Positions 39,077 to 51,300 of a stretch of 64,000 bases of DNA are shown piece after piece. Source of the DNA: Albugo candida (lineage: Eukaryota); contig JBDOQK010000072.1 in NCBI GenBank assembly GCA_040437565.1, positions 1 through 64,000 of the forward strand, written 5' to 3'. The notes under the pieces are model-generated. The model made no database searches and was not told where the DNA came from. It was given only the letters and a program-made list of their open reading frames with translations. Position 1 is the first letter of the stretch. Every line of letters starts with the position of its first letter. The translations under genes were made by a program, and so were the position numbers.

Positions 39077-41495
39077 CTCCTCCTCGGATGACACCCTTCA
39101 ACCGGCCCACCTGCCCAAATTCAGACAGGATTAAACAATCCTCGCAACTCCGTCGGCCTGGGCGCCGACAGTGTTTCCGCCAACAGATCCGCCTTAATGA
39201 GCTTTGACTCCACGAATCAGGTTTGACTATACCTTTTTTGGCATAATCGCAGATGAACTTCATGCGCACATTCACGTGTTTCGTACTTGACATGCCTCCT
39301 TCACAATCTAACTTCTTGATTGCTGCTTTATTATCCATCAGTATGCTCATTGATTCCGTCAAAGAAAGACCAATCTCTTTTAGCATTTCTCGCAATCCCA
39401 GCAGCTCCCTTCCAACGTGCGACGCAGAGGTAAATTCTACCTCGATGGTGGACGGGGACACTCCAGTCATACTATGTACCATATTCATAATTGTGGCAAT
39501 GCTTTCGCTCAGCCTTTCCATTACTGGCTTGGTTTCTTGGTTCGCTAATTTATCGGGCATGCCTATATCCCTGCAAAAGAGACCCAGAGTCTGATACTCA
39601 CTACCTCCGTCGGTCCTGAGAACGTGTATGCGACAATCAAATTTCCGTTCGAAAAAAGACATGGATTGTTCGAACTTCTGGGCAGCCACATGTTTTGTCT
39701 TCGCCAAGAAAACTCGACGGTAGTTCGTTCTATGGTCCACAAAGTTTACCATGTAGCGATTTCCTAGTCCATCACGAAGAGTGATGGGACCCTTCAAGTC
39801 AGAGCAAATGACCCCACCCCTCCGGTAACATCAACCGGTGCGTTTTCGCCAGTGTCTTTCTTCGACTGCGAGTTCAGGGTCTGCTTCCCTTGGGCGCAAG
39901 CTAGGCAATGTTCACGTGTTAAGTTGGTCAATTCTATTCCGCAAGCTGGATATTTGGCCATGCGAATAATTGTGCCGTAGTTTAGATGCTCAAGTCTGCT
40001 GTGAAAGTGCATAAGCGATCCCTTTTGCACGTTTTGACTCACTTCAGTTTCGGCCTGTGCCAACGCCGTCATAGGCACATCCCTTGACCTGTTGACTCAT
40101 CCGCTCCCATGATACCACAAAACGAGCACATTGTTCATCTTCTCGACATCAAAGATGTCCATCCCACTGTCAACGCTGGCGATGACCCTGTTATTCCCTA
40201 TGTAGGATATCACGAGTCACTTGGCATTCAAAATGCCATAGGAATTAATATTCCTCTCAAGGTTTTCGGCATATTCGACGTCCAAAAGCCGCACGTTTGT
40301 GACCTTGCCCTTCACTGTGGATGTGATTGTGACGCTTACACGCTTCGTGATGCACAGGCGTCCTACGTCAGCTGTGACGCACTCGCCTTGAAAGTCCTCT
40401 GGATCCTCGAGCATTCTTCCATCGTTTAACAGGTGTCCGCTCGAGCCGCTGTCCACTATCCAATATCCTTGATCAGCGCTGCTGTCGTCCACTTTAAGCA
40501 CAAAATCCACGTCATCGCTAGTTTTTCTGTCGAACTTTTTCGCGGGAAACGCAGCCTGTATGTGTCCCGGCTTTCCGCAACTGTAACACTTCCGCAAATA
40601 TTTGCGCACGTTTCGTACGTTGTTGACGACGTCTTTCGACTGCGCGAAGTGCGCCAATTCCTCTGCTTGACGCAAGTAATTGATACTTGTCAAGTTCAAG
40701 CGCGCCAGCATTGATACTATCATCGATGGGTCAGCATAATGGACAATGTTCTCCTGTACCAAGCTGTCTGCCCCACCACATGCCTCGCTTACTGCGACCA
40801 GATACAATTAGTGTTCGGTCTAGCCGCGCTTGGGGACCGTAAATAGTTTCATACTATGTGCTGGAGAGATCTACTATAGTAATGTTCAGCCATTCTGGTG
40901 AGATTGTGTCCAAGAACGTCTATATTGACATCTTCTGTCAGCGCAAATCCAGTTGCTCTCTCAGTGAAAGAGACTTCCCGTACAAACTTCTTCCCCCAGG
41001 ACAGGAAACCACTTACTAGACCCTGGTCAAGCTCCTTTACATCAAACTGACGAATGTTTAGCTTGCGCTGTCTCGAGTCAGGGCACTCTCGCATACGACG
41101 GGACCTTCTGCAATACCGGCTGCTTCTGATACACTGGAGGTGGCATGTATTGCCGTGGCAACCCCGGCTGCGGAGCCTGTGCCCTCACGACATTGTCAGC
41201 CGCCCTTGCATACCCAGGTTGATTCACCCCGAAGTATGTTCTTTTAGACAGGTTTGGCGACCGATCCCTCGGCGGTGTCACATCGAGAGCACCCCGATTC
41301 ACAGGCTGTCCCTAGCCGATCACCGAGCCGAACACGCTGGACTCCCTCTCCAGTAACTGGTCCTTGGACCCTTTTGACGCTCCAGCTTGACGATTCGCTC
41401 CGCTAGTCCCGTCAGGAGGTCCACCAGCCTGTCATCAGTGTTCCGTGGCATCGCCTCTTCCTTGACTTCTAAGGCATCACTTTGTAGACTACCGT

Positions 41496-43567
41496 TCCTT
41501 TCACGACTAGCAACTGCTCTAGGCCCCGCGGTGGGCTTTACTGCGTGGGAGGCATCATCCACTGCACTCATAACCTGTTCAGAGAGTCGATGCCAGTGCA
41601 AATGTATAAGTGTTATGTATTTTTATCTACATGCTACGACGGTTTCGTCTCTTCAAAAGACATCATCTTCGCCTGGGTTTTCTACATCGTCCAAGGATAG
41701 AAACAGCCGTTAATCCGAAGTGGTCGGTCAAAAGCAACGCTTTGACAGCGACTGTTGCTCTTCCAATACACATAAGCGGGAATGACGAACCATACGCATG
41801 CCTTCTGTTAAATTATGTCGATCAGGAGCGATTTTGAACTCACATTCCGTTAAATACACTTCCGTTGCTCGCATTTTGGCTTCACGATCGAGAAAATACA
41901 ACTTGGAACCTTTCAAATGCGTCAAATAGAGGGGTACATCAAGACTTCGAATACGTATCACGGAATGCTTGCTGATGAGAGCCACATAGTCGTAATTGAA
42001 GCTCCAGATGACATACTTGACGCGAGGTGCTTGCATTTTAGCGAGTACTCGCCAGCTTTGAGTCTCATTCAAAATCATTTTCTCGTCCGCGTGAAGCAGA
42101 ACTCTACCGATAACCCCGCCACAGTACAATCCATCCGCCGACCATTTGGTGGTGTGATTTTCTTGCTTACTTCATTAACGAAGTTTTTGATGCGAATATG
42201 TCTCGATTTGTCCAAAACTGCAAACCGACTTCGTGCAACCAATGCCACAAAACGACCGCTTCCTCGTGTTGAATCGCTTGTGTCCCCAGCACTAAACAGA
42301 AGAAATTTTTTCACATTGGACCCTTGATCGTCTGCATTATAAATAAGATCTCGAGAAAGATTTGAGCTTCCTGTTCCAATGGTCCCTGTTCATCGTGGCA
42401 ACAGGAACAGCACTTCCGTCCAAAAGGGAGTACATACGGATATAATCATTTCCGAATCGTGACCGGCTGCAATAAAATTCTNNNNNNNNNNNNNNNNNNN
42501 NNNNNNNNNNNNNNNNNNNNNNNNNNNNNNNNNNNNNNNNNNNNNNNNNNNNNNNNNNNNNNNNNNNNNNNNNNNNNNNNNTCCTTTCACGACTAGCAAC
42601 TGCTCTAGGCCCCGCGGTGGGCTTTACTGCGTGGGAGGCATCATCCACTGCACTCATAACCTGTTCAGAGAGTCGATGCCAGTGCAAATGTATAAGTGTT
42701 ATGTATTTTTATCTACATGCTACGACGGTTTCGTCTCTTCAAAAGACATCATCTTCGCCTGGGTTTTCTACATCGTCCAAGGATAGAAACAGCCGTTAAT
42801 CCGAAGTGGTCGGTCAAAAGCAACGCTTTGACAGCGACTGTTGCTCTTCCAATACACATAAGCGGGAATGACGAACCATACGCATGCCTTCTGTTAAATT
42901 ATGTCGATCAGGAGCGATTTTGAACTCACATTCCGTTAAATACACTTCCGTTGCTCGCATTTTGGCTTCACGATCGAGAAAATACAACTTGGAACCTTTC
43001 AAATGCGTCAAATAGAGGGGTACATCAAGACTTCGAATACGTATCACGGAATGCTTGCTGATGAGAGCCACATAGTCGTAATTGAAGCTCCAGATGACAT
43101 ACTTGACGCGAGGTGCTTGCATTTTAGCGAGTACTCGCCAGCTTTGAGTCTCATTCAAAATCATTTTCTCGTCCGCGTGAAGCAGAACTCTACCGATAAC
43201 CCCGCCACAGTACAATCCATCCGCCGACCATTTGGTGGTGTGATTTTCTTGCTTACTTCATTAACGAAGTTTTTGATGCGAATATGTCTCGATTTGTCCA
43301 AAACTGCAAACCGACTTCGTGCAACCAATGCCACAAAACGACCGCTTCCTCGTGTTGAATCGCTTGTGTCCCCAGCACTAAACAGAAGAAATTTTTTCAC
43401 ATTGGACCCTTGATCGTCTGCATTATAAATAAGATCTCGAGAAAGATTTGAGCTTCCTGTTCCAATGGTCCCTGTTCATCGTGGCAACAGGAACAGCACT
43501 TCCGTCCAAAAGGGAGTACATACGGATATAATCATTTCCGAATCGTGACCGGCTGCAATAAAATTCT
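41496..43567. repeat. ~985-bp identical duplication across an N-gap (assembly overlap)
   Basis: 41496-42481 is repeated at 42582-43567 (offset 1086). Confidence 0.85.
41576..41768 (-). repeat. 5' LTR of Copia A
   Basis: Followed on the minus strand by PBS GGTTATGAGTGCAGT. The copy at 42662-42854 lies in a gap-flanking assembly duplication. Confidence 0.92.
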
Positions 43568-43864
43568 GAGTTGGAAGGGCGAAGAATCCAAAAGAGATCA
43601 TTTTCACGTCGGAATGTCTGCAGAGCCACACGCTTGGAGATATCTCATACTCGAAAAGTGATCGATCTTCCGAGTTACTGATAATGAGCTCATGTCTCGG
43701 ATGGAAAATCACACACGAGACGTTACTGGTGTGTCCACGTAGCGAATCCACATCCCAGGCTTTCTTCTCATTCATTCTCCATAATTTCACCTGTCGATCG
43801 TCAGCGCCAGAGACGATGAGAGGCAGATTGGGAAGAAATGTCGCCCAATTGACACCACGATCAT
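41769..43864 (-). pseudogene. COPA: Coatomer alpha pseudogene, 5' fragment (homologous to COPA ~2445-3724; partly duplicated by assembly)
   Basis: [46 protein letters not shown] and [17 protein letters not shown] are near-identical to COPA. Frameshifts and several internal deletions. Confidence 0.95.
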
Positions 43865-43980
43865 CTCATTTTGCTCTGAATAAATATCATCAACTACCCT
43901 TAGTGATCTTCAATGCAGCCCAAAATGCTTTGCCACATGAATCTTACGGCAAAGTTGAATGCAGGCTTTCCTCTATATAG

Positions 43981-44375
43981 TCAAACACAGAAATGTTGAT
44001 GAATCCCACTGCTGTTTCTAAAAGAAAAATCACAAGAACTCTGGCATCTTGCATGTGTACATTTGCTCGATTCTATCACGCAATGATTGCTGTTTTCGCG
44101 GTTGCAGGGCAGAATCGAGGCCATTTGGCACTGAAGGGATAAGGATAAAGATATTTTGTCAGGTCTCGTGCTTCGATAAGGTTTTAGTGTCGATCATATT
44201 TGCATAAGACGCTACACAGAGATGATCTTCGTGTAACGAAGACACTGAGTAATATATCCTTGGATGGCGATACTTGCATTACAGTAATAATCTGCCGATG
44301 CACTTCAGAATTTATGCGGCTTCGGATCAATTTAAATGAAAGTACATCGCATGGGCGGTACATGTCAGCAATAGT
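43981..44375 (-). pseudogene. 3' part of decayed Cys-rich gene X (copy 1), split by Copia B
   Basis: Paralogous to 61722-62125. Frame LSLSLQCQMASILPCNRENSNHCVIESSKCTHARCQSSCDFSF differs from copy 2 largely at synonymous sites. Confidence 0.7.
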
Positions 44376-45349
44376 TGTTGAAAAGAAACGACTCCACGTT
44401 GCCATCCGCCGGACGTTTTGGAGAAAAAATCTATGGATCTAAATAGTGGTTTCGTATACCTTCCGCTGGGTCTGTCCCAACGCGGTGATTTCGTAATTAA
44501 GGTAGGCCGTAGAAAGAGAAATTAACAGTCATGAATAATATACTTACTTCTATTTTTCCCTCCCTCCATTGAAGCAACTTTTCATTCTGTGCGGCATATA
44601 TGACAGGTTATGAGCCCAAGGCCTATGGAACAAGCTGCTCGAGATCAAGCCCAAGCGCCAGCCGCGACTCACACCAACAACGATGGAGCCAGTACGGTCT
44701 CAAGTGAGGATAAGAACATGGCAAGGATGTTGGATATGGTCACTGCACTGAAAGGTGACATTGGAGCTCGCCTCACCAGGCTTGAAGCTCGAAGATTAGA
44801 GGATGGCCAAGCTTTGGTCGTGTCCGTCGGCAGCGGCACTTTTCGCGATTATGCGGAGACGCGCGTGGAACTTGGCCGGAATATGACAATATCCTCGCTT
44901 TAAGACGAGTTGATACGGAGTCCAGCGCGACATCACGCTGCAGGACAGGGGTATCAGCGATTGCGTGATGAAGGTGGCCGAAAAAGAGCACCCTTGCAGC
45001 CACCAACGAGTCCGTCGTACAGGCCAGTGCCATCACCGTCGTACTTTCACCACTAGGACCCCTGCAGATAAGGGAACTGAAGCTTGCAATCGAAAAATAC
45101 GACGGCAATGAGGTGTACCGAGGCCTCGGGTCAGGTTTTGGACCCTGGCGGAAACGGTTTCCGCGGCAGGTCAAGATCGCTTAAGACCTCAGTGGGTGCA
45201 TGTGGACTGAAGAAATAAAGCTAGATATCCTCTGTCGACATCAATCCAGNNNNNNNNNNNNNNNNNNNNNNNNNNNNNNNNNNNNNNNNNNNNNNNNNNN
45301 NNNNNNNNNNNNNNNNNNNNNNNNNNNNNNNNNNNNNNNNNNNNNNNNN

Positions 45350-48320
45350 TTTCTTGAAGAAGATCAAAAATATTTCAAATTTCTTTGCTGCCGCGTCCTT
45401 CATCTTGGCGAGAAAATTGCCACAATAGTTTGACTTGTGGTCAACGAAGCTTACCAGGTAGCGATTACTTAGTCTATACTTTGGTGTCATCGGTCCCTTC
45501 AAGTCACTGCATATCAATCCTCCAACTCTGTCGATAGGTGAATTCTTGCCCGTGTCTTGTTTCGAGTGATCGTTCTTTGTTTGCTTTCCCTGCGCGCAGG
45601 TTGAACAATTCACACGTTTCTTGTCACTCAGCTGTATCCCGGATCTCGGGTCCTTACACATTCGCTCGATAGTGTCATACGACAAATGAGCCATACGTTC
45701 ATGGAACAGCATCGGAGTGCCGCCTTGCACATCTTTCTCCTCACTGGCAGTCAATTCTTCATTGATTACCGCCATAATTACATCGCGTGAACTCATGGTC
45801 GGGTGTTTCGATTCGACTTGAAGCAATAGCACATTATCTTTCATTTTTACATCAAATGCCGCCGCACCAGTACTGGAATGCACTAGTGACTGGGAACCAT
45901 CCATATATGCCAGTTGGAAACCCCTTTTCTCCAACTTTCCATGTGGTATATTGTTCCTCGTAATTGATGGGGCAAGGCGGACATCAGTTAATCCCACGGT
46001 ACGAGGTTCCCCAGCTATAGTTACATGAAGCAGAACTGACCCGACCATCGTGACACGCAGTGATTTTCCATCCGGTAACATGCACTCGCTGTCACAATCA
46101 CGAGATTCTTCAAGCCTTTCTTCGCCGTTCACAAGATGTCGACTGGACCCGCTGTCCTAAATCCACTGATCTTGAACAATTTCTTGATCACCAACTACAG
46201 CGAGAGTCATATGAACACCACGTTCGTGTCCTTTTTCTCCACCCCTTTTTTCCAAGGCAATCAACTACAATGTGCCCAACTTTGTTGCATTTTAACAAGT
46301 TTGGGTATCTTTTCGTGGCTGTGCTGCTCCTACATGTAGCACGACATCATTACCGATAGACTTTGCACCACGCACACATCAGTTTCGATCGCTCGCGCGA
46401 AATGCGTCAGCTCCTCGGCGTGTCGCAAATAATCCGTGCGATATTTATCGTACTTAGCCAAAAGTACGTTTCGTAGGTCAGTTGAAGGTCTCTCTATTAC
46501 TAGAATTAGACTAACTGACTTCTCTGGTTGCCTAGGCTATCTCAAATAACAAATATACATATAAAAATCGTTTCGTGAAATACCTGTGAGAGATGATAAC
46601 ATGTCGTCTCGTTGATAATCTCGTATCGTAGTAGCCTCAGCACCCTTAATACGAGACTGTGTCCAGCTTGTAAAGGCTGTAAAGTTGAAAAAGTTGTTAA
46701 GTTGTAAAAATGGTCCAAAAGTACCGTGGTTTGCAAATTGGTGTGTCCACACTACGGTGAGCATAACCAGCCAACTAGGACTAGGATCTGAGTTGCACTT
46801 GCATTTTGACTTGTCTGTGCCGTACCCGCAGTAATGATCTTCGGCTTCTAAAAAATCCACCAAATGATCCTTGNNNNNNNNNNNNNNNNNNNNNNNNNNN
46901 NNNNNNNNNNNNNNNNNNNNNNNNNNNNNNNNNNNNNNNNNNNNNNNNNNNNNNNNNNNNNNNNNNNNNNNNNCAATTGGAGGATTGGGGGAGTAGGGTG
47001 AGATAAGTCTGGTGACCCTGGTGGTGAGATAGAGGGAGGACTGTTGAGCTCCAACGAAATTTGGTCGGAATGCTTTCGCTCCGGTCGCCTCGTCTCCAAT
47101 TCCTGAATTTGAACTGGACGTGTCGTAGGTCAGTTGATGCGTTTTGAACGATATTTTCGAGCACAAGCGTCTCTGCGCCACCCGTCGCATCACTCACAGC
47201 GACTAGATATAGAAAATGTTCGGGCCAAGAACGGTTCGGGTCCTTTCTCGCGGTCAGTAGCTTGGTTGCTTGAGCTTGAGTGATAGTGGTTCGAAAAGTC
47301 TGGTGCAAACATCCATGACGTATTGCAGCATCAGTTGCTGCTGCCACCAGGTCGCTAGTTGCTTGTGGTAATACCGTTCCGCATTGCCAATCAGGTAATG
47401 CCTCAAAAGGTCAGCCTTGACTTCTTCTGACCAATCGAAAACACACGCCATCTGAGCGAACACCAGCTGTCGAACGCAACGATGACCCCGATCCAAAAAT
47501 CCAGAATCTAGCCCTTCGTACTGTATTGGCTTCTTTCCATGAAATGAGCGAATAGACCGTTTTCTCTGCCGAGAATCGGGCACTTTAACCCCAACCGCTC
47601 GAGGTGAGTAATGACATAGAGGTTTGCTGGGTGGTATCGGTGCTTTCTGCGGCATCTGAGCCTGAACAATTGGTTGACCGTGCCTCATGGCTGCATATTC
47701 CTGATGCTGACGGTACATCGAGCTCTGAAAATGTGTTACTCTTGGTACTGGAGCTTGGACAGGGGGAGGCGTGTGTAGGAGCGCACCTATCTTCATGCGC
47801 GACGAGCCAAAACTTCTCCTACACGCCGACTGAAATACACCGGTTTCTTGAGCGCCCCTCATGCGCTCATCTTCTTCCCTCTTGATTTGTGACATCCCTA
47901 GGCGACCCATGCGTTCTTTCATGGCCGTCAGTGCCTCGAGTATCTTGAGGCTCATATCGCTAGAGGCACCTCTCCCTTCACGAGCATCTGCCACTGCAGT
48001 CTCGGTGGGTGGATATGTATCGACCTGTACGCGGCCGTCTGGTGTCGTTTGTGCGCGATGTGCGCGTGGGAACGATAGGAGTTCATCACCTATAAAAACC
48101 TCCATGGCTCTTTCTTTTTCGTGCAAATGTGAAAGTGTTATGAACTGTTATCATGTGCATTTCCCATCTAATCTGTCAGCATTCAACCTACAACATCGCG
48201 CACTATTTCAAACAGCACGGTCGTTAGATGACATCTTCGAACAGATCACGACCAAGGTCTCGAAAATATCACCAAATTTGCCAGCTCTTCGAGAAGCTTT
48301 TATGTGGTGTTAATGGGACA
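45350..48320 (-). mobile_element. Copia LTR retrotransposon C nested in the gag of element B (3' part lost in the gap)
   Basis: Putative 5' LTR ~48091-48320 shares GTGCAAATGT.AAGTGTTAT with the LTR of A. Degenerate PBS GGTGATGAACT at 48080-48090. Gag RSWPEHFLYLVAVSDA, DSGSSRH, HERMAH, CSTCAQGK and ICSDLKGP. B gag resumes at 48321. Confidence 0.88.
46486..47122. mobile_element. Unclassified insertion D in the gag of element C, flanked by a long direct repeat
   Basis: TCGTAGGTCAGTTGA at 46471-46485 and 47123-47137. Removing the insert restores gag NASTDLRNVLLAKY. The interior contains an N-gap. Confidence 0.75.
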
Positions 48321-51300
48321 ACTAAATCCTCAGCGTGAAGATTACTTTCGACATGCAGAGGAACTGGTCAATTTTCACACAGCTAAATGATCCAAGCATT
48401 CGCCTGGGAAATAAGCCGACGGTGGCCGCTTTTAAAAAAACTAATATTGGACGACTCAAAACAATTGAAGAGCGCCAAAGGAGAAACCAGGTGCCTGCTT
48501 CATGTCTGAAATGGAAGGTCATTACAAACGCGACCGCAAGCAAGAAGTCAAGAAGGATTTTGCGTTGGCAGTTGCAGACAATGTCGACGCCATATGTCAA
48601 TGGATTTTGGATAGTGGATCGAGTCGTCACCTGGTGACGCACCATCACGACTTTACAGTGCAAAAGAATGTGATGAAGAATGCCTGCTTCCAAATGGAGA
48701 GAGTCTGAAAATGCAGCTCAAAGGAAACGCCGATTTAGTAGTACGCGTCGATGGTGATCTTCGTCTCATCAAACTTAGCGACATCTACTAATTGACAGAT
48801 CTTCCGTCGAATATACTTTCGTATGGAAGAATCGAAGAAAAATGATATGAACTTCGTTATGATGGACGCACGCGCTCGATGGTCCGACGCAGCGACGGTT
48901 TCAAGATCTTCGATGTTGACAAGGACAGCAATAACGTATTGGTTGTACGTGATGTGATTAAGGATTTAGTTGGACTTGGTACCAGGAAACCTGACGACTG
49001 AATATTTGCAGCTCTCGCTGAAGCTGTCAGCTCAATGCACAAGCGGGAAGTCTGCTGGATTTTCACTTGCGATTTGCGCATCTGGCTTATGGCAGTATTG
49101 AGAGAATGGAAAACGACTCAGAGAGCGGCATGATTCTCACGAATAAAGAAAGGCCAGCGTGCATCATATGCGCACAGGGCAAGCAGACGCGCAATAATCA
49201 GTCGACCAAAGACACTGGAATGAATGCTCCTAAAGACCGATTAGGTGGCGTTATCTGTAGCGATATTAAGGGTCTAATCACTCCAATCGACAGGTGTGGA
49301 AATAGGTACCTTATTATTTTCGTGGATCACAAAAGCAACTACTGCCGTGTGTTTCTGGCAAAAACGAAGGACAAGGCGACAAAGTCATTCGAGAACTTTC
49401 TTCGACTGTAGGATTCACTGCCATCAGGAGCCCGAAACAGAAGAACCTCGATCGGCGTGGAGAAAAAGGACCTGTTATTGGCAAGAGCGACGAAATAAAA
49501 GGGTACAAGGTGCTGTTTACCAATGATCGCGTGGTGCGAACAACGCAATATGTCAGAAATACTAAGATCCTCAGCGAGGATGCAAGCGCGCAATTTGTTC
49601 GTCAAATGAATGAAAACAACGCGGAAGAAGCTTACAACAAGAAGATCACTGATCCCATTGACTTGAGCGTCGAATCAGCATCTGAGATGGACGCTGTATG
49701 TGACATACGGACAGAAACAACAGCGATGTTGCACATCGGGAAGAGCTACAAGTGGTAATGAGAAAATTCAAGAAGCGCGTCAAGCGTGGAGAAAGAAGAA
49801 GTAATCTGAACAAAGCTTCATTTAATCAGCCGGCAATGAGCACGAGGACGAGATATGATGGAAGAAATATCGCACCACGCGAGATTATTGATGCTGCTTA
49901 TACATTGTGTGGACCCGAAGTTTGGAGAGAAGCCATGAAAATTGACAAGTTTCTGGGGTGGGAGCGCGTTGCTGAGTCGGTGATAGATTCATTAAGTCCA
50001 ATGACACGTGGGAGATGGTATTGCTCACGGATGAAATGTGCCCTCTTCACGCAAAATGGGTGTTCAATAGAAAAACAGATGCTAGCAGAAACGTCAAGCG
50101 CTCCAAATCCGCATGGTGGCGTGCGGAAATGTACAGTCATTTAGTAAAAATATACACTAACATTCGTCGTCGTGGAAGGTTATCCTTTCACTATCCGATA
50201 TATGGGGTGTACCGGCGCGTCATGGGGACGTACCCAATGCGTATGTCAAGGCCTCTACTGAACCGGATCTGGACATTTACCTGTACGTTCCACAAGGAAT
50301 GAGAGTGAGTGAGAAGGAGCTAAAGCGTTTAGGTGCTCATCACACAAAACAAGTGGTGCTTCAACTCCAGCGTAGCTTTTATGGAATAAAACAAGCTGGA
50401 AGACTCTAGCAGTAACTTATACATGCAGAACTACTTCGTGTCGGATTCGTACAATGTGTCATGTGTCACAGACTCGTCCATCTACTACAAATGAGATCAC
50501 GATGGAAAGAATGCCGTCGGAGTATATGTTGATGATTTGCTGGTGACCGGGACGTAAACAATTGGTAACGCTCCAGATCAAGGACTTGGGCGTCGTTAGC
50601 AAGTTTCTACGGATGCGACTTACTCATTCTTTGGAATTTGGGTCATAGAATTGACCAAGAAAAAATGTTAGATGAGCTACTATCAAATTTCGGCCTACAA
50701 GATGCACACCGCATGATGACACCCACAGGGCTCGCTCATGATACTGACATGATGGAAGCCGACCCGATCCTACCCGCGCATGGGCCAGTCGCCTCAGCAT
50801 CACTGATACACATTCAGTCAATCGTGGTATCACTGTTATGGTTGGCGCGATGCACACTACCGAACATTGCGTATGCGGTTCACCAAGCTACGCGTCGAGC
50901 CCATGCTCCTATGATAAGCGAGTGGCACTTGAGCAAAGGAATTGCCAGGTATTTGGAAGGAACCAAAAACTTCAAGTTTCAGCTTGGACAGAAACAGGCT
51001 AAGCAAATCACTACTGTGCAACTTTCAAGCGCAAGCGATGCGGACTTTGCAGGGGACAAGATTAGATGCAAGTCGATAAGCGGAACGATCTTTCGTGTGG
51101 GTGACATGATAGTGGGCTAGACGTGCTGGAAGCAAGCCTCAGTATCGCAATCGAATATGGAAGCGAAGTTCGCGTCGTCTTCACATGCCGGTCAACAGCT
51201 CCTGGTATTACGTGAGCTAATTGTTGAACTGGGGATTAACATGGAATTACCTATGCAGACGGAGAAAGACAATTCAGCAGCTATCCGACAGATGGAAAAC

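Larger units (their letters stand above)
38884..41768 (-). mobile_element. Copia/Ty1 LTR retrotransposon A, degenerate and internally deleted
   Basis: LTRs 38884-39076 and 41576-41768; TSD CACAT (38879-38883 / 41769-41773); PBS 41561-41575; PPT 39077-39085. Gag knuckle CYSCGKPGH, protease WIVDSGSSGH, HSRLEH/CLACAQGK, partial integrase and RNase H tail DNKAAI..KHVNVR. Confidence 0.95.

Noticed and set aside
1607..43567. Apparent tandem duplications flanking 100-N gaps (1645, 15698, 18914, 20228, 29465, 30452, 34919, 36429, 42482), including a 'third LTR' at 42662-42854 and a second COPA-pseudogene copy
   Set aside because: Each is a near-identical repeat ending exactly at a fixed-length gap. 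These are unmerged contig overlaps, and the occasional single-base differences (e.g. 1633 vs 1771) are likely allelic or read-end errors.
43865..43983. Possible in-frame fusion of gene X to the downstream co-oriented COPA fragment
   Set aside because: The synonymous-substitution pattern identifies a different frame for X, which ends at a TGA shared by both copies (43981/61722). The frame running into COPA has several stops.
46486..46540. CTAG near the end of insert D suggesting a Helitron
   Set aside because: The CTAG is not terminal, there is no convincing subterminal hairpin, and Helitrons do not create long target duplications.
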